Source: an uncultured Planctomycetota bacterium
Lineage (GTDB): Bacteria; Planctomycetota; Planctomycetia; Isosphaerales; Isosphaeraceae
Assembly: GCA_963823665.1 (NCBI GenBank)
Contig: CAWGMQ010000007.1
Span: forward strand, 288,001 to 352,000
Direction of reading: 5' to 3'
DNA length: 64,000 nucleotides
In this document: positions 32,065 through 42,182 of the stretch, one piece after another
Layout of the letters: the number at the start of each line of letters is the position of its first letter
How positions within the stretch are numbered: position 1 is the stretch's first letter
Notes under the pieces: generated by a model
Database searches by the model: none
Told to the model about the DNA's origin: nothing
What the model saw: the letters and a program-made list of their open reading frames with translations, nothing else
Position numbers and translations under genes: made by a program

Positions 32065-32274
32065 TTACTTGCTTCTGCGACGACCGCTAATTAACAGCAG
32101 GCCACCCGAAAGCAATGCCATGGCACTCGTCGCCAAGCTCGGATCCATCTCAGGGGCTATTGTAGGACCTGCCAGGGCCGGGGCCGAGCAAGCGCTCATA
32201 ACGAGGACAAATCCAAGGGCCCACGAAACCGATGGCAAAACCTTCGAGGGCGATTTTTGCGAAACTGGTTTCAT
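32065..32274 (-). CDS. 69-aa secreted peptide with a VPEID-CTERM-like sorting signal (paralog)
   Basis: RBS GGAGG; signal peptide ending ALA; APEMDPSLATSAMALLSGGLLLISGRRRSK. Confidence 0.8.
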   Translation of the reverse strand: MKPVSQKSPSKVLPSVSWALGFVLVMSACSAPALAGPTIAPEMDPSLATSAMALLSGGLLLISGRRRSK

Positions 32275-32478
32275 CGACGATACCTCCCTGGCGATTGAAC
32301 CGAACCCGGGGCGAAGCGCCGCGGATGTACTTTCGTCAAGATACTGTGACGAGACTGAAATCAGCGGGGGTTCAGCATACGCGATTGTGCTGGAACATTC
32401 AACGACTGGCCCGAGTCATCCGTGATTCCTGGTATAATCACAAGCAGACGGATTACTCTCGTGGGGAGTCATCGGCCA

Positions 32479-32685
32479 ATGTCTGATTCGGTTCGAGCGC
32501 TGCTGGACTCATTCGATGCTGTTTCGGAGACGGAACGCATCGAAGCTGCGGTCGAGATACTCCGGCGCGTGAGGTCGACAAAGTCCGAACTGCCGGATGA
32601 CGCGTTGGTGGAAGCTGCGGACAGTTTGTTCTTACTGCTCGACGCCGAGGAAGAGGGCGCTGGGGAACGATCGGACGAACCGTGA
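32479..32685 (+). CDS. Small acidic hypothetical protein (antitoxin-like)
   Basis: RBS GGGGAG; MSDSVRALLDSFDAVSETERIEAAVEILRR..LPDDALVEAADSLFLLLDAEE. Confidence 0.65.
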   Translation: MSDSVRALLDSFDAVSETERIEAAVEILRRVRSTKSELPDDALVEAADSLFLLLDAEEEGAGERSDEP

Positions 32686-32848
32686 TTCGGAGGTCAATGT
32701 GGTGGGCGACACGGTTCTTTTGTTTCTCCATCACAGTTTCATCGTCAGGCTCAAGGTAACCAGAGTCGTGAAGGGCAAATTCGAATATAGTGATTGTGCG
32801 GGTACCGCGAGCTGGTTCTCACTTTGCTGACCGGCATTATAAGGGCGA

Positions 32849-33304
32849 TTAGAGGCGTGATGCCGCTGACTTTGAGCCGCGGCGCGGCGTTCGCGGCAGG
32901 AACGCCGACGGCGCAATAGCGAAGTGCTTGGCGAGCTTGAGGACCTGCCCCTTCGTGAGGGAGCGTGCGCCCGAGAGAACTGCCGAGATGGTGGACTGCG
33001 CGATCCCGACCGATTTTGCCAACTCGGTCTGGCTGAGGCCGTTGGCTCGCATCAGCTCACGCAGCACGTAGGACTCGGAAACATCAGCAATCGGGACGTG
33101 CGCGTCTTCATAGGCTGCGATCAGGTCGGTCAAGACGTCCAGGTAGGCTTGGGCCCCTTCATCCCGGTCTTGCCGCAACAAGTCATTCATTACCTCGAGG
33201 GCCTCATCCAAGTGAGCCTCGTCCCTCAGGTGGATGAGCGGGAAATGCTTGACGAGTTTCAAGTAGGTGTCCGGCACCCTCCGGGCGGTAGCTTTCGCAG
33301 GCAT
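32849..33304 (-). CDS. higA: HigA-like HTH antitoxin
   Basis: YLDVLTDLIAAYE, LRELMRANGLSQTELA and HTH; RBS GAGGAGG. Confidence 0.85.
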   Translation of the reverse strand: MPAKATARRVPDTYLKLVKHFPLIHLRDEAHLDEALEVMNDLLRQDRDEGAQAYLDVLTDLIAAYEDAHVPIADVSESYVLRELMRANGLSQTELAKSVGIAQSTISAVLSGARSLTKGQVLKLAKHFAIAPSAFLPRTPRRGSKSAASRL

Positions 33305-33307
33305 CTG

Positions 33308-33451
33308 TCAATTCCTCCTCGTCCGCGAATGAGTAGTTTTCGTCCCGGATGCTGGGGACTTCTTCGCGCCCGGTAGCGGGCTCGGCGGTGGCTGGTATCA
33401 CCCGCAATCAACGATCCAGCGTGCCTTGTCATACTCTTTGTGGTCCATCAC
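33308..33451 (-). pseudogene. C-terminal remnant of a HigB-like toxin
   Basis: Minus strand reads VMDHKEYDKARWIVDCG*YQPPP just upstream of higA (HxEYD motif). It has an internal stop and no recognisable 5' part. Confidence 0.65.
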
Positions 33452-33586
33452 TGACCGCGAAGATGCGATTGGTGAAGGGAAGCTATCGCAATTTGCGATA
33501 AGAGGGACCAGAGGCACAGGACGGAGACGCAACAACCCGCAGTACTCGTCCGTGCGACAACGCTTTGGCCCGTTCGCCGAATGGAC

Positions 33587-33616
33587 TTGACCTTTCGCGA
33601 TTATTGCATATACAAT
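33587..33616 (+). promoter_or_regulatory. Sigma70-like promoter overlapping a MarR operator
   Basis: TTGACC-N18-TACAAT; near-palindrome ATTGCATATACAAT at 33603-33616. Confidence 0.6.
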
Positions 33617-33645
33617 GAACGTGGCGATCGAGGAGGCTGACGATC

Positions 33646-34095
33646 ATGAGTGAAACGACGAACAGCAGCATTGATGTCATCGCGCGGACGTGTGTCGCTG
33701 CGCGGATGCGGTTGCTGAACAGGGTCGTCACGAACTTCTATGATGACGCTCTTCGGCCGCTTGGGCTGAAAATCAGCCAGTTGAACATTCTGATTGCGAC
33801 GGCGAAACTTGGCGAGGCGCGGCCTGGGCAGGTCTGCGAGATCCTTCAACTGGATACATCCACTCTCAGCCGGAACGTCGAGCGGATGCGCGCCAACGGA
33901 TGGATCGAGATCGTGCCCGACGAGCAGGACGCCCGCATGCAGACGTTTCGCCTGACTGCGCAGGGCAGGCGATTGATCGAACGCGCCGTGCCGGCGTGGG
34001 AAGCCGCTCAGCGACAGGCGGCGGAACTGCTGGGAGAGGGCGGGATTGCCCTCCTCGAAAAGGCGGCGAAGAAGTTGCGCGGTTCAAAAGCCTAG
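33646..34095 (+). CDS. MarR family transcriptional regulator
   Basis: LRPLGLKISQLNIL, LDTSTLSRNVERM and DAR..LTAQG winged HTH. Confidence 0.92.
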   Translation: MSETTNSSIDVIARTCVAARMRLLNRVVTNFYDDALRPLGLKISQLNILIATAKLGEARPGQVCEILQLDTSTLSRNVERMRANGWIEIVPDEQDARMQTFRLTAQGRRLIERAVPAWEAAQRQAAELLGEGGIALLEKAAKKLRGSKA

Positions 34096-34128
34096 CGATG
34101 ATCGCGTCGTGTTTTTTTCGCAATATCG

Positions 34129-34140
34129 TTGTATATACAA
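34129..34140. promoter_or_regulatory. Second putative MarR operator
   Basis: Perfect palindrome TTGTATATACAA, 12 bp before the next start codon. Confidence 0.6.
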
Positions 34141-34152
34141 AGAGAGGCTGTC

Positions 34153-35508
34153 ATGGTGAAGCTTGCTGAACACCCCACTGTGCGGCGATTCCGTGAGAGG
34201 GAACGTCAGCGAACGAACTCGGCGGCTGCGGCCGCGCCGGCGGTTCTCGACGCAGCGTGGCTGCGTCAACTGTGTCTCGATTGCGGGGCAGATGACGCCG
34301 GATTGGTTGAGTTGAGCCGGCCGGCGCTCGACGGGCAGCGGGAGGACATACTTCGATATTTCCCGCACGCCAGGACGTTGCTGAGCTTCGTTTGCCGGAT
34401 GAACCGGGAGCCGATTCGCAGCCCGGCGCGGTCAGTTTCAAACCTGGAGTTTCACGGGACGTACGACCATTCCAATGAGGTTGCGCGGAAGGTTGTCGCC
34501 GCACTCGAGGCGAAGGGCGTTCGCGCGATGAACCCGTCGGCGGGGTTTCCGATGGAGCAGGACCGTTTTCCGGGAAAGATCTGGGTTGTCGCGCACAAGC
34601 CGGTGGCTGTGGCGGCGGGGCTGGGACAGATGGGCATTCACCGGAATGTGATCCATCCGCGGTTCGGCAATTTCATCGTGCTCGGCACAGTGCTGATCGA
34701 TGCGGAGGCTTCCGAGTACAGCCAGCCGATTGATTACAATCCGTGCCTGGAATGCAAGCTGTGCGTGGCGGCGTGCCCGGTCGGGGCGATTTCACCAGAG
34801 GGCGACTTCAACTTCGCGAGCTGCATGACCCACAACTACCGGGAGTTCATGAGCGGATTCGGGGACTGGGTGGAAAAGGTGGCCGATAGCAAGAACGGGC
34901 TGGATTACCGCACCAAGGTAACCGCTTCGGAGACGGCGTCGATGTGGCAGTCGCTGGCGTTCGGACCGAACTACAAGGCGGCTTACTGCCTGGCAGTTTG
35001 TCCGGCGGGCGAGGATGTGATCGGGCCATTCCTGGCGAACCGGGGAACTTTCCTGAAGGACACGCTCCGGCCACTGACGGACAAGGAAGAAACGATCTAC
35101 GTGATTGCGGGCTCGGATGCCGAAGAGCACGTGCCGAGGCGGTTCCCAGCGAAGACGGTCAAGCGGGTGGACAGCGGCATCCGGGCGCGGAACATCGAGG
35201 GGTTTCTGTTCGGGTTGAAGTTGCTGTTCCAGGCGGGCAAGTCGGCGGGCTTGAGCGCCCTCTATCATTTCACGTTCACGGGGAAAGAGTCGAAGAAGGC
35301 GACGGTGGTGATTCGCGATGGCAAATTGGAGGTTCAGGACGGTCATCAGGGAAAAGCGGATTTGCGCGTGACGGCCGACAGCGAGACCTGGCTGGGGTTC
35401 GTGGCGAAGGAGCGGAGTTTGATCTGGGCACTCTTGCGCCGGCGGATTCGGATTGAGAACGGATCGCCGAGGTTGCTGGTCGCGTTTGGGAGGTGTTTTC
35501 CGACGTGA
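34153..35508 (+). CDS. QueG/reductive-dehalogenase-like 4Fe-4S protein with C-terminal SCP2 domain
   Basis: AVAAGLGQMG, CLECKLCVAACPVGAI and CLAVCP; SCP2-like tail (ADLRVTADSETWL). Confidence 0.8.
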   Translation: MVKLAEHPTVRRFRERERQRTNSAAAAAPAVLDAAWLRQLCLDCGADDAGLVELSRPALDGQREDILRYFPHARTLLSFVCRMNREPIRSPARSVSNLEFHGTYDHSNEVARKVVAALEAKGVRAMNPSAGFPMEQDRFPGKIWVVAHKPVAVAAGLGQMGIHRNVIHPRFGNFIVLGTVLIDAEASEYSQPIDYNPCLECKLCVAACPVGAISPEGDFNFASCMTHNYREFMSGFGDWVEKVADSKNGLDYRTKVTASETASMWQSLAFGPNYKAAYCLAVCPAGEDVIGPFLANRGTFLKDTLRPLTDKEETIYVIAGSDAEEHVPRRFPAKTVKRVDSGIRARNIEGFLFGLKLLFQAGKSAGLSALYHFTFTGKESKKATVVIRDGKLEVQDGHQGKADLRVTADSETWLGFVAKERSLIWALLRRRIRIENGSPRLLVAFGRCFPT

Positions 35509-35623
35509 GAACCGCGAGGCGATAGAGACCGACATGGCAAGGGACGACGCTCGGGGACTTATTGTGGCGTTGCCGGGCTCGGGTATACGGTGTGCCAGAT
35601 GCGCGTTCATCCAGGAGGGAGCC

Positions 35624-37070
35624 ATGAAGGCCGGACGTAATGATCCCTGCCCATGCGGCAGCGGCAAGAAGTACAAAAAGTGTTGCCTGGGCACGGACCG
35701 AGTGGCTTCGGCAACACAGGCGATTGCCATTTCGAACCCGCGTTCGGCGACCGGGTCGGCTGGGTCGGATTCGTTCTACACCAAACCCAGCGAGACGATC
35801 GGCTCAAGCGAATCGGCACACGCTACCAGAGCGCCGGAACCGCCATCTCCGCCGGACCCCATCGTCGAGCGGGCCGACCGCCTCTGGGAGGAATTCGAGT
35901 CTCAATCCGCGGAAGGGCGGATCGCCGTCTTCCTCGGCGCCCTGGAAGATGCTGAGGTGATGACTGACGACATTGCCTACGAGATGTTGGATCGGCTTCG
36001 TTCGGACGCGATGAAATACGGTGACCGCCGGCGATTTTGCGAATTCGTCGGCGCACTTCGTGAGCGACGGCCCGAGGTCTACGAGCAGAGCGCTTGCTAC
36101 TATTTGTCCTCGTGCGTCCGGGACGCTCTCGCAGAGAGCCGGCTGGAGGCGGTTGCCTCCCTCTCCGGCGAGCTCGCCGCCCGGGCCGGGGGCGACATCG
36201 ATCTGTTCAACCGCGCCGTGGAGGCTCTCGAGTATCATGGCCAATTGTCCGTTCTTGTGGCGAGGCGTGAAATCGTCCGAGAAGATCGTGCCCTGGGGTG
36301 TCTCGGAATTCACGAATAAGGGGGCCGACTACGAGATCTTCGACTACCTCGAACACACGAGCTCGCCCGATCCGACCGATCCTGTCCTTCTCGAGAGTGT
36401 CAGGTTCTATGTGGAGGACCCGCGCGAGGAATACCTGCGCGAGTTCATCAGCGATCTCACGGGGAGGTCCGGACGCCAGTGGCGAATGGATGACTTTGCC
36501 CTGAGGCGACGAAAGAAAGCCGCCGACAAATGGGACGATGACGGGGAGGGACGAGCGGCCCGGGACCCGGCAGCCATCAACCTGTCGCGGCTGATCAGCG
36601 AGTTCGTCGGCTACATGCGCCGGGAGGAAGGAGTGCCCTTCCCGCGCGGCCAACTCGTGAGGCACGAACTCTATCGTTATTTCATCCGCCGGCATGAGGG
36701 CCAACTCGACCCGCAGCCGAGCTTGCTGGATCGAGCCTTGCGCCCGAATCAGAGACCTCCGAAGCCACCACCGCCGGCGCATCCCCTCTGCCCGGAACGC
36801 GTCACGCTGGAAGTTTTTCTCGCGGGCATGGTGGGCTTTTTTAATGCTCTGGTTCACACGTCGTCGGCCGTGTTCCAAGCCATACCGGCGTGGTTGCGTT
36901 TTCTGGAGTCGCGGGGACTGGTCGACGCTGACTTGCGCCAGAATGTGGCGGAGGAGTTGCTTCCCTTGCACGGGGTGCTGTCGCAGATGTGGCAGACTTA
37001 TACGCACGATCCAGCCTTGGATCACCAAGGGCAGGTCTGGCCGGCAGATGCAGCGAGGGGGCCATCATGA
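35624..37070 (+). CDS. SEC-C motif protein (frameshift near 36262)
   Basis: GRNDPCPCGSGKKYKKCC; RBS AGGAGG; continues in ORF 36021-37070. Confidence 0.8.
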
Positions 37071-37687
37071 GGGTGACAGACCGACGGGTTTAGTCGTCGG
37101 GTATGCGATGCTCTACGCCTCATGTGGCGTAATCGCAGAATGTCATTTAGCGCGGGAAAGCGCTGATCCGTACCCAGAGTGTCTCGGCTGCGTCGTATAC
37201 ATCCTGGTCGCTTCCTGGATGCGCGCCCGAGATCGTATCGATCAATGTGCCGAAACCGTCCGGCACGAGCGGCAGTTGTTTGGCCATCTCACGCAGCCGT
37301 GCGTTGCCTGTGCGCCGTGGTGCCATAGATGCCGACGGCGAGGATTACCGGACCGTGCAGGAGGAGCGCGTCGGCCATGATCTGACGGGCAGACGCGAGT
37401 CTTTGCACGTTCGACCGGCCGGGCCCTGCTGCGGGAGTCGAACATTCAGCATGTGCGGAGATTTCTCACGGTCGTTGCCGAGATCGTCGGTTTCTTTCGG
37501 ACGCGGTGGGTGGGAACCGGCACCACGGACCAAGTATATGTCAATCGGGAGCGAGGGAAAGAATCTCTTGACGGTCACGAGATTTGCAGGAAGCTGGTAT
37601 TGGGCTCAAGGAAACCTTTGAAGTGGCGCTGGGCGAGACTCGGATATCCGGTCGCTCAGCGAGGCATGTCAAAGGGGTTGCTCATCC

Positions 37688-38173
37688 ATGCAAGACGTTC
37701 GGAAGAAGCTGACCGGGATCACTGTCCGGGTGGTCGGCTGGACGGGGATCGCAGCGCCCTTGGTGCGGATTCTGGTGGACGACGTCGCCGTGGGAATTCT
37801 GAAGGATAAACAGACCCAGACATTTCCAATCAATCCCGGGAGGCACCGGATCAAGGCCCGGCGTGACTTTTTCCGATCGCAGGTCCTGGAGTTCGATTTG
37901 TCCGCTCGCCAGGGCGCAGAGTTCGAATGTGGATTCAACAGGGTGCGGCCCTGGTACCGGTCGACGGCGGGCAGAGCCGGGTTGATCGTCGGCTGCATTG
38001 CCAGCGCATTCGGCGTGGCGGCTTTGAAGCTGCCATACTGGTCGGTCTACGTGGTCGTGGGTTTCGCCGTCGTGGCGATGACAATCGGCTGGTGGCGATC
38101 CTACATACCGGCCGGAGCTTACCTCTATCTCAGACGAGTGACCGACTCGAACGGGAGATCCGGGCGGAGTTGA
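37688..38173 (+). CDS. Hypothetical membrane protein
   Basis: Beta-rich N-terminus (INPGRHRIKARRDFFRS) followed by two TM helices. Confidence 0.6.
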   Translation: MQDVRKKLTGITVRVVGWTGIAAPLVRILVDDVAVGILKDKQTQTFPINPGRHRIKARRDFFRSQVLEFDLSARQGAEFECGFNRVRPWYRSTAGRAGLIVGCIASAFGVAALKLPYWSVYVVVGFAVVAMTIGWWRSYIPAGAYLYLRRVTDSNGRSGRS

Positions 38174-38396
38174 ATTGCGCGAGGCGGTTGCGGATGATCT
38201 GGATTGAGCGTCTGGGTCGCAGCACACGTCGCGAATGATATCGATCGACCGAGGAAGCGAACCATGAACAAAACGACAACCAGTACGTTTTCGGTCTCGG
38301 ATGTTTCGCGTGCCACGACGCCCCTGAGGTGATTCTCCTTGACTTTGAGCACGCCGTCGATGACCGATCGGACGACCGCGCGTGGTGTTTTGATTC

Positions 38397-39365
38397 GACC
38401 GCGTGTTCACAATTAACAAAGAAATCGCGCAAAGCCGTAGCTCCTGACGTTGCAGCCACATCGATTGAGTGATTGCAGTTTTTTTGGACGCTTTTATTGT
38501 CGATCGCTGAAACCGGTCGCATATTATCCATAGGGCAGAGTCTGCGAACGCGCGATGCTGGCGCGATGGGCGGCTCCCCTTCGCTTTCCGCCCTCCGCGT
38601 CGATCTCCACTCATCCTGGGAACCGTGGTGAAATTCACGCACGGAGTGACATCCAGTGCAGACTACCGCAATGGGCAAAGAGGCTGAGACCAAAACCGAA
38701 ACCCAGGCAGGCCTAGCCGTTGCGCAAGACGGCTGCGTCGCGCTGGCGGCTTTGCCGTGTCGTCGGTTGAGCGCAGGGTTCGCTCCGTCGGACTCTGGAC
38801 TGGGAGGCGATGATCTCCTGTTTTTTGATATCATTAGTTATCATTTTTGGGCCGCGGGAAAGAAGCTGTTGGATCGACCGAAGCCGTTTTCGCATGTGCA
38901 CTTGGGGAGGGCGGTGAACCCGGAGTTGGGGAGTGGAGCGCTCCGCGAGCCGCGCGGTGGCGATTCAGGGCCGGAATCAGGACGGAGGACGCAGGGCGGA
39001 GGGCGGAGGGCGGAGGAGGAAGCGCGGAGTGAAGGGAGCCGGAAGACGGAGAGCGGGGATCGGAAGATACCTTCATCGTGGTATCACTCTGGTATCATTT
39101 CGCACCAGGGGTCGAGAGGCTGGTGGATCGACCGAAGACATGTGCGCATTTGCGTTTGCGGAGGGCGGCTGCACCGGATTCGGGGTCTGTGCCAGGTCGC
39201 GGGCCGCACTGTGGCGATTTTGGGCCAAGGCCGGGCGGTTACGGGCGAGGTTTCGGCGTCGAATTCGACCGATGGCTCGCCACCTCCACGGAGCGAGTGC
39301 GTTCCCGTAGTCCTTATGGCGTAAGGCCGCGCGACGAATGTACAAAACGAAGTGGTCGGTCAGGG
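38397..39365 (+). repeat. Dispersed long repeat, copy 2, with internal partial duplication and heptamer array
   Basis: Matches 2272-2980. Segments ~38820-38970 and ~39080-39230 both match ~2690-2840. GGAGGRC heptamers at 38977-39018. Confidence 0.85.
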
Positions 39366-39599
39366 TTGAGGGTTGCGCGTCGAGGGCGGGAGCAGTATGT
39401 CCCTTTTCGCAGAGCGATGGGCGACAATGGGGGCGGTGAAAGCTGAATCGGTGGGGGCGCGGTTCGGGGACATTGAAACTTACCGCACGAAGAAGCTGGG
39501 CGGTGGGGTCTTCCCTGCGCCTGCACCCTCCTCCGCCGCCCGCAGTGGCACCTCTTCCACAACGGGGGAGGAATATTTTACGCAAGCTCGGAATGAGGC

Positions 39600-41906
39600 T
39601 TGCCTGGGAGCGCTCTGGGATTGAATTCGATCGGAATCGCCATCCCGATCTGGTTGCTCGGCCTGGTTTCCAACGGGCTCTTGCTGGTCGGGTCGTTCTG
39701 GATCGCGCGCCACGGGCTAAGGCAGGCTGGCGGGATCGCCGGCTTCCTGGGCACCGCTGTCGTGTTCTGGACCGGCTGCACCGTCGGCCTTGAGGTCTTG
39801 AGCCTTTTCGGCGCGATCTCGGCGGGGCCGATGGTCGTCTGGAGTGCGGTGTGGCTCACACTGGGAGGTCTCGTCCGGTGGGTTCGCGGCAAAGCTGACG
39901 GTGGGCATTTCAAGGTCGACACCGAGCCGTGGTTTTCTCCCGAGTCCGTGGCGGCGCTCGGAGTCTTGATCGCGGCCGGCGTGATTCTGGGCATGCGGTC
40001 GCTGCTGCTGGCTGTCAAGGTTGTGAGCGACGGCCCCATTTATCATCTCTACTTCGCAGTGCGGTGGTGGAAAGCAGGGCGGCTGTTCCTGGTGGCGGCG
40101 CCGTTTGGCGAAAACGCGGCGACGTATTTTCCCGCGAACGGCGATCTGTGGTTCACATGGCTCATGGCGAGCTGGGGCGGCGACCGATTGGCGAAGGTCG
40201 GGCAGGCGCCGTTCTTGCTGCTGGCCGCAGTCGCGGCGTTTGGCTGTGCGCGGGCACTTGGCGCAAGACGATCCGCGAGCCTGATTGCCGCCTGCTGGTT
40301 CGCATCGTCGACGCCCTTGCTCCTTTACTCATTCGAACCCAACGTCGACACGATGTTCGTGGCCGGGTACATGATGGCGGCGTATTTCTTTCTTCAGGCC
40401 ATTGCGGGTGACGGAGGCACGCCCGCGCTTTGTCTGGGTGCATTTGCGGCGGGTGAGGCGCTGGGCACGAAACCCGTCGGCGTGGTCTTTGTACCGCCGC
40501 TACTGGCGCTCGTCGCCGCGCTCGTTCTCGTCGGGAACAAGGCGCGTCGCACCAAGATTGCTCGACTACTGTCTGTGCTTCTCCTACCGTTTCTTACCGG
40601 GGGCTACTGGTATGCCCGGAACGCGCTTTTGACCGGGAACCCGCTCTATCCGTTGGAAGTGAGGGTCTTGGGGCACACGCTCATCCGGGGATGGTATGGG
40701 CCGGACGCGATGCAGCTCAGCCCTTATTACATGCCTTTTGGCGATTGGCGGGCGCTTGTCGATACCCTGATGGCCGTGCTCGACCCGCGGCTTGTGCCAT
40801 TCTGGGTGCTCGCCGTCGCGGGGGCCGCGGTGTGGAGTCAGAGGACGGAGGACGGAGGTCGGAGGTCGGAGGACGGAGGGCGAAGGAAGAATGCGAAGAC
40901 GACTACGCTGCGGGCGTGGGCCATGGGTTTCGGGCTGCTGGCGATCGTCAACGTGGCGCTTTACTGGGTGTGCATTCCTTATCGCAGCCAGCAGCGATTC
41001 ATGCTGCAGGCGCTCGGGCTGGCGGCGGTTCCGCTGGCGCTCTTACTCGATCGAGGGCGTTGGCTTTGCCTGGCGGCTGCGGTGCTCCTGGGTGTGCATC
41101 TGCTGACGCCGGAGTGCTGGCCGTTTGGCGGGAAGGGCGGGTCGATTCCGTGGGACCTTTCGGCGGCGGTGCCGAACGATATCGGCGCGCTCGTTCCGTT
41201 GTTCTCACGGTTCGAGAACGTGTTGCGCGAGAATGCGAGCATGGGCTTGTTCGTGAGCCTGGCTTCCCTCGGGGGTATTCTGGCGACGGCGATCTTGGTG
41301 TCGTGGGCATGGTGCCACGGCTGGACTCGCGGGCGCGCGGCGATCGCACTGGCGGGCACGGCGGCCTTACTTGCCCTCGGATACGCTGATGTCTGGCTGG
41401 AAGGCGAGCCGGAGCGGTTCGTGTCGTATCCGGCATTCGACTTTTACGTGGGATGGCAGCAACTGGAAGCCGCGTCGGGGCCGAAGGGGTCGCGCGTGGC
41501 TTACGCGGGGACGAACATTCCTTATTATCTGTTTGGAAAAGGCCTGCGGAACGAGGTGCGGTATGTGAACGTCGATGGCAACCGGGACTGGCTGTTGCAC
41601 GACTATCATCGCCGGGCGATGGAGGGAGGGGCCGGGGCCTGGCCGAACCCGCGGCCGGGCTGGGACCGGAGTGCGCCGGATTTCTCGGCTTGGCTTCGTA
41701 ACCTGGATGCCGAGGGGACACAGCTCCTGGTCGTGACGCGGGTCAATCCGGCGGAGGGGAGCCACAACGTGGCTGATCGCGACGGGTTTCCGATCGAACG
41801 TGGATGGGCCGAGTCTCATCCGGAGCGATTCGAGCTGCTTTACGGAGGGAGGGAGAACGATCCGTGGTTCCGGCTTTATCGGGTGCGGCGGCCAAGCAGT
41901 GGGTAG
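39600..41906 (+). CDS. Polytopic membrane glycosyltransferase (GT-C, ArnT/PMT-like)
   Basis: More than 12 TM segments; DGPIYHL, YFPANGDL, NVD, GTKP and WYARN..TGNPLYP motifs; start codon uncertain. Confidence 0.75.
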   Translation: MPGSALGLNSIGIAIPIWLLGLVSNGLLLVGSFWIARHGLRQAGGIAGFLGTAVVFWTGCTVGLEVLSLFGAISAGPMVVWSAVWLTLGGLVRWVRGKADGGHFKVDTEPWFSPESVAALGVLIAAGVILGMRSLLLAVKVVSDGPIYHLYFAVRWWKAGRLFLVAAPFGENAATYFPANGDLWFTWLMASWGGDRLAKVGQAPFLLLAAVAAFGCARALGARRSASLIAACWFASSTPLLLYSFEPNVDTMFVAGYMMAAYFFLQAIAGDGGTPALCLGAFAAGEALGTKPVGVVFVPPLLALVAALVLVGNKARRTKIARLLSVLLLPFLTGGYWYARNALLTGNPLYPLEVRVLGHTLIRGWYGPDAMQLSPYYMPFGDWRALVDTLMAVLDPRLVPFWVLAVAGAAVWSQRTEDGGRRSEDGGRRKNAKTTTLRAWAMGFGLLAIVNVALYWVCIPYRSQQRFMLQALGLAAVPLALLLDRGRWLCLAAAVLLGVHLLTPECWPFGGKGGSIPWDLSAAVPNDIGALVPLFSRFENVLRENASMGLFVSLASLGGILATAILVSWAWCHGWTRGRAAIALAGTAALLALGYADVWLEGEPERFVSYPAFDFYVGWQQLEAASGPKGSRVAYAGTNIPYYLFGKGLRNEVRYVNVDGNRDWLLHDYHRRAMEGGAGAWPNPRPGWDRSAPDFSAWLRNLDAEGTQLLVVTRVNPAEGSHNVADRDGFPIERGWAESHPERFELLYGGRENDPWFRLYRVRRPSSG
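40840..40888 (+). repeat. 7 x 7-bp tandem repeat (GGAGGWC) inside the GT-C gene
   Basis: agaggac ggaggac ggaggtc ggaggtc ggaggac ggagggc gaaggaa, encoding RTEDGGRRSEDGGRRK. Confidence 0.75.
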
Positions 41907-42182
41907 ACCGTTAATCCCAGGGGTGCGGCGGAGCCGGTGCCACCCTACCGGCAAATTCGGCGGACGGCAGACGGAGTGTGCCTGCTACACCGAACGATTC
42001 GCCAAGCCCGTACCGCCCATCCCAGGGGTGCGGCCGGGTCGCGGGTAGTCTGCGGTGGGGCATTTCGGCAATTTCTCAACAAATCTTGAATCATTCGCAC
42101 GGATTCGATGAGAGCCGGGCACTAATAATAGAGACGGGCTGCACTTGAATCGCATCACCGCAGGAATGGATGGGAGGCTCTC

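Larger units (their letters stand above)
30600..33146. repeat. Degenerate tandem duplication of a ~1.2-1.35 kb module (copy A ~30600-31935, copy B ~31955-33146)
   Basis: Same order in both copies: cggatagcgcgaacgc hairpin, APEMDP peptide gene, attactctcgtggggagtcatcggccaatgtctgattcggttcgag, higA 3' part. Confidence 0.88.

Noticed and set aside
41906..42050. Short repeat cccaggggtgcggc (two copies) after the GT-C gene
   Set aside because: Too short, and no consistent structure could be assigned.
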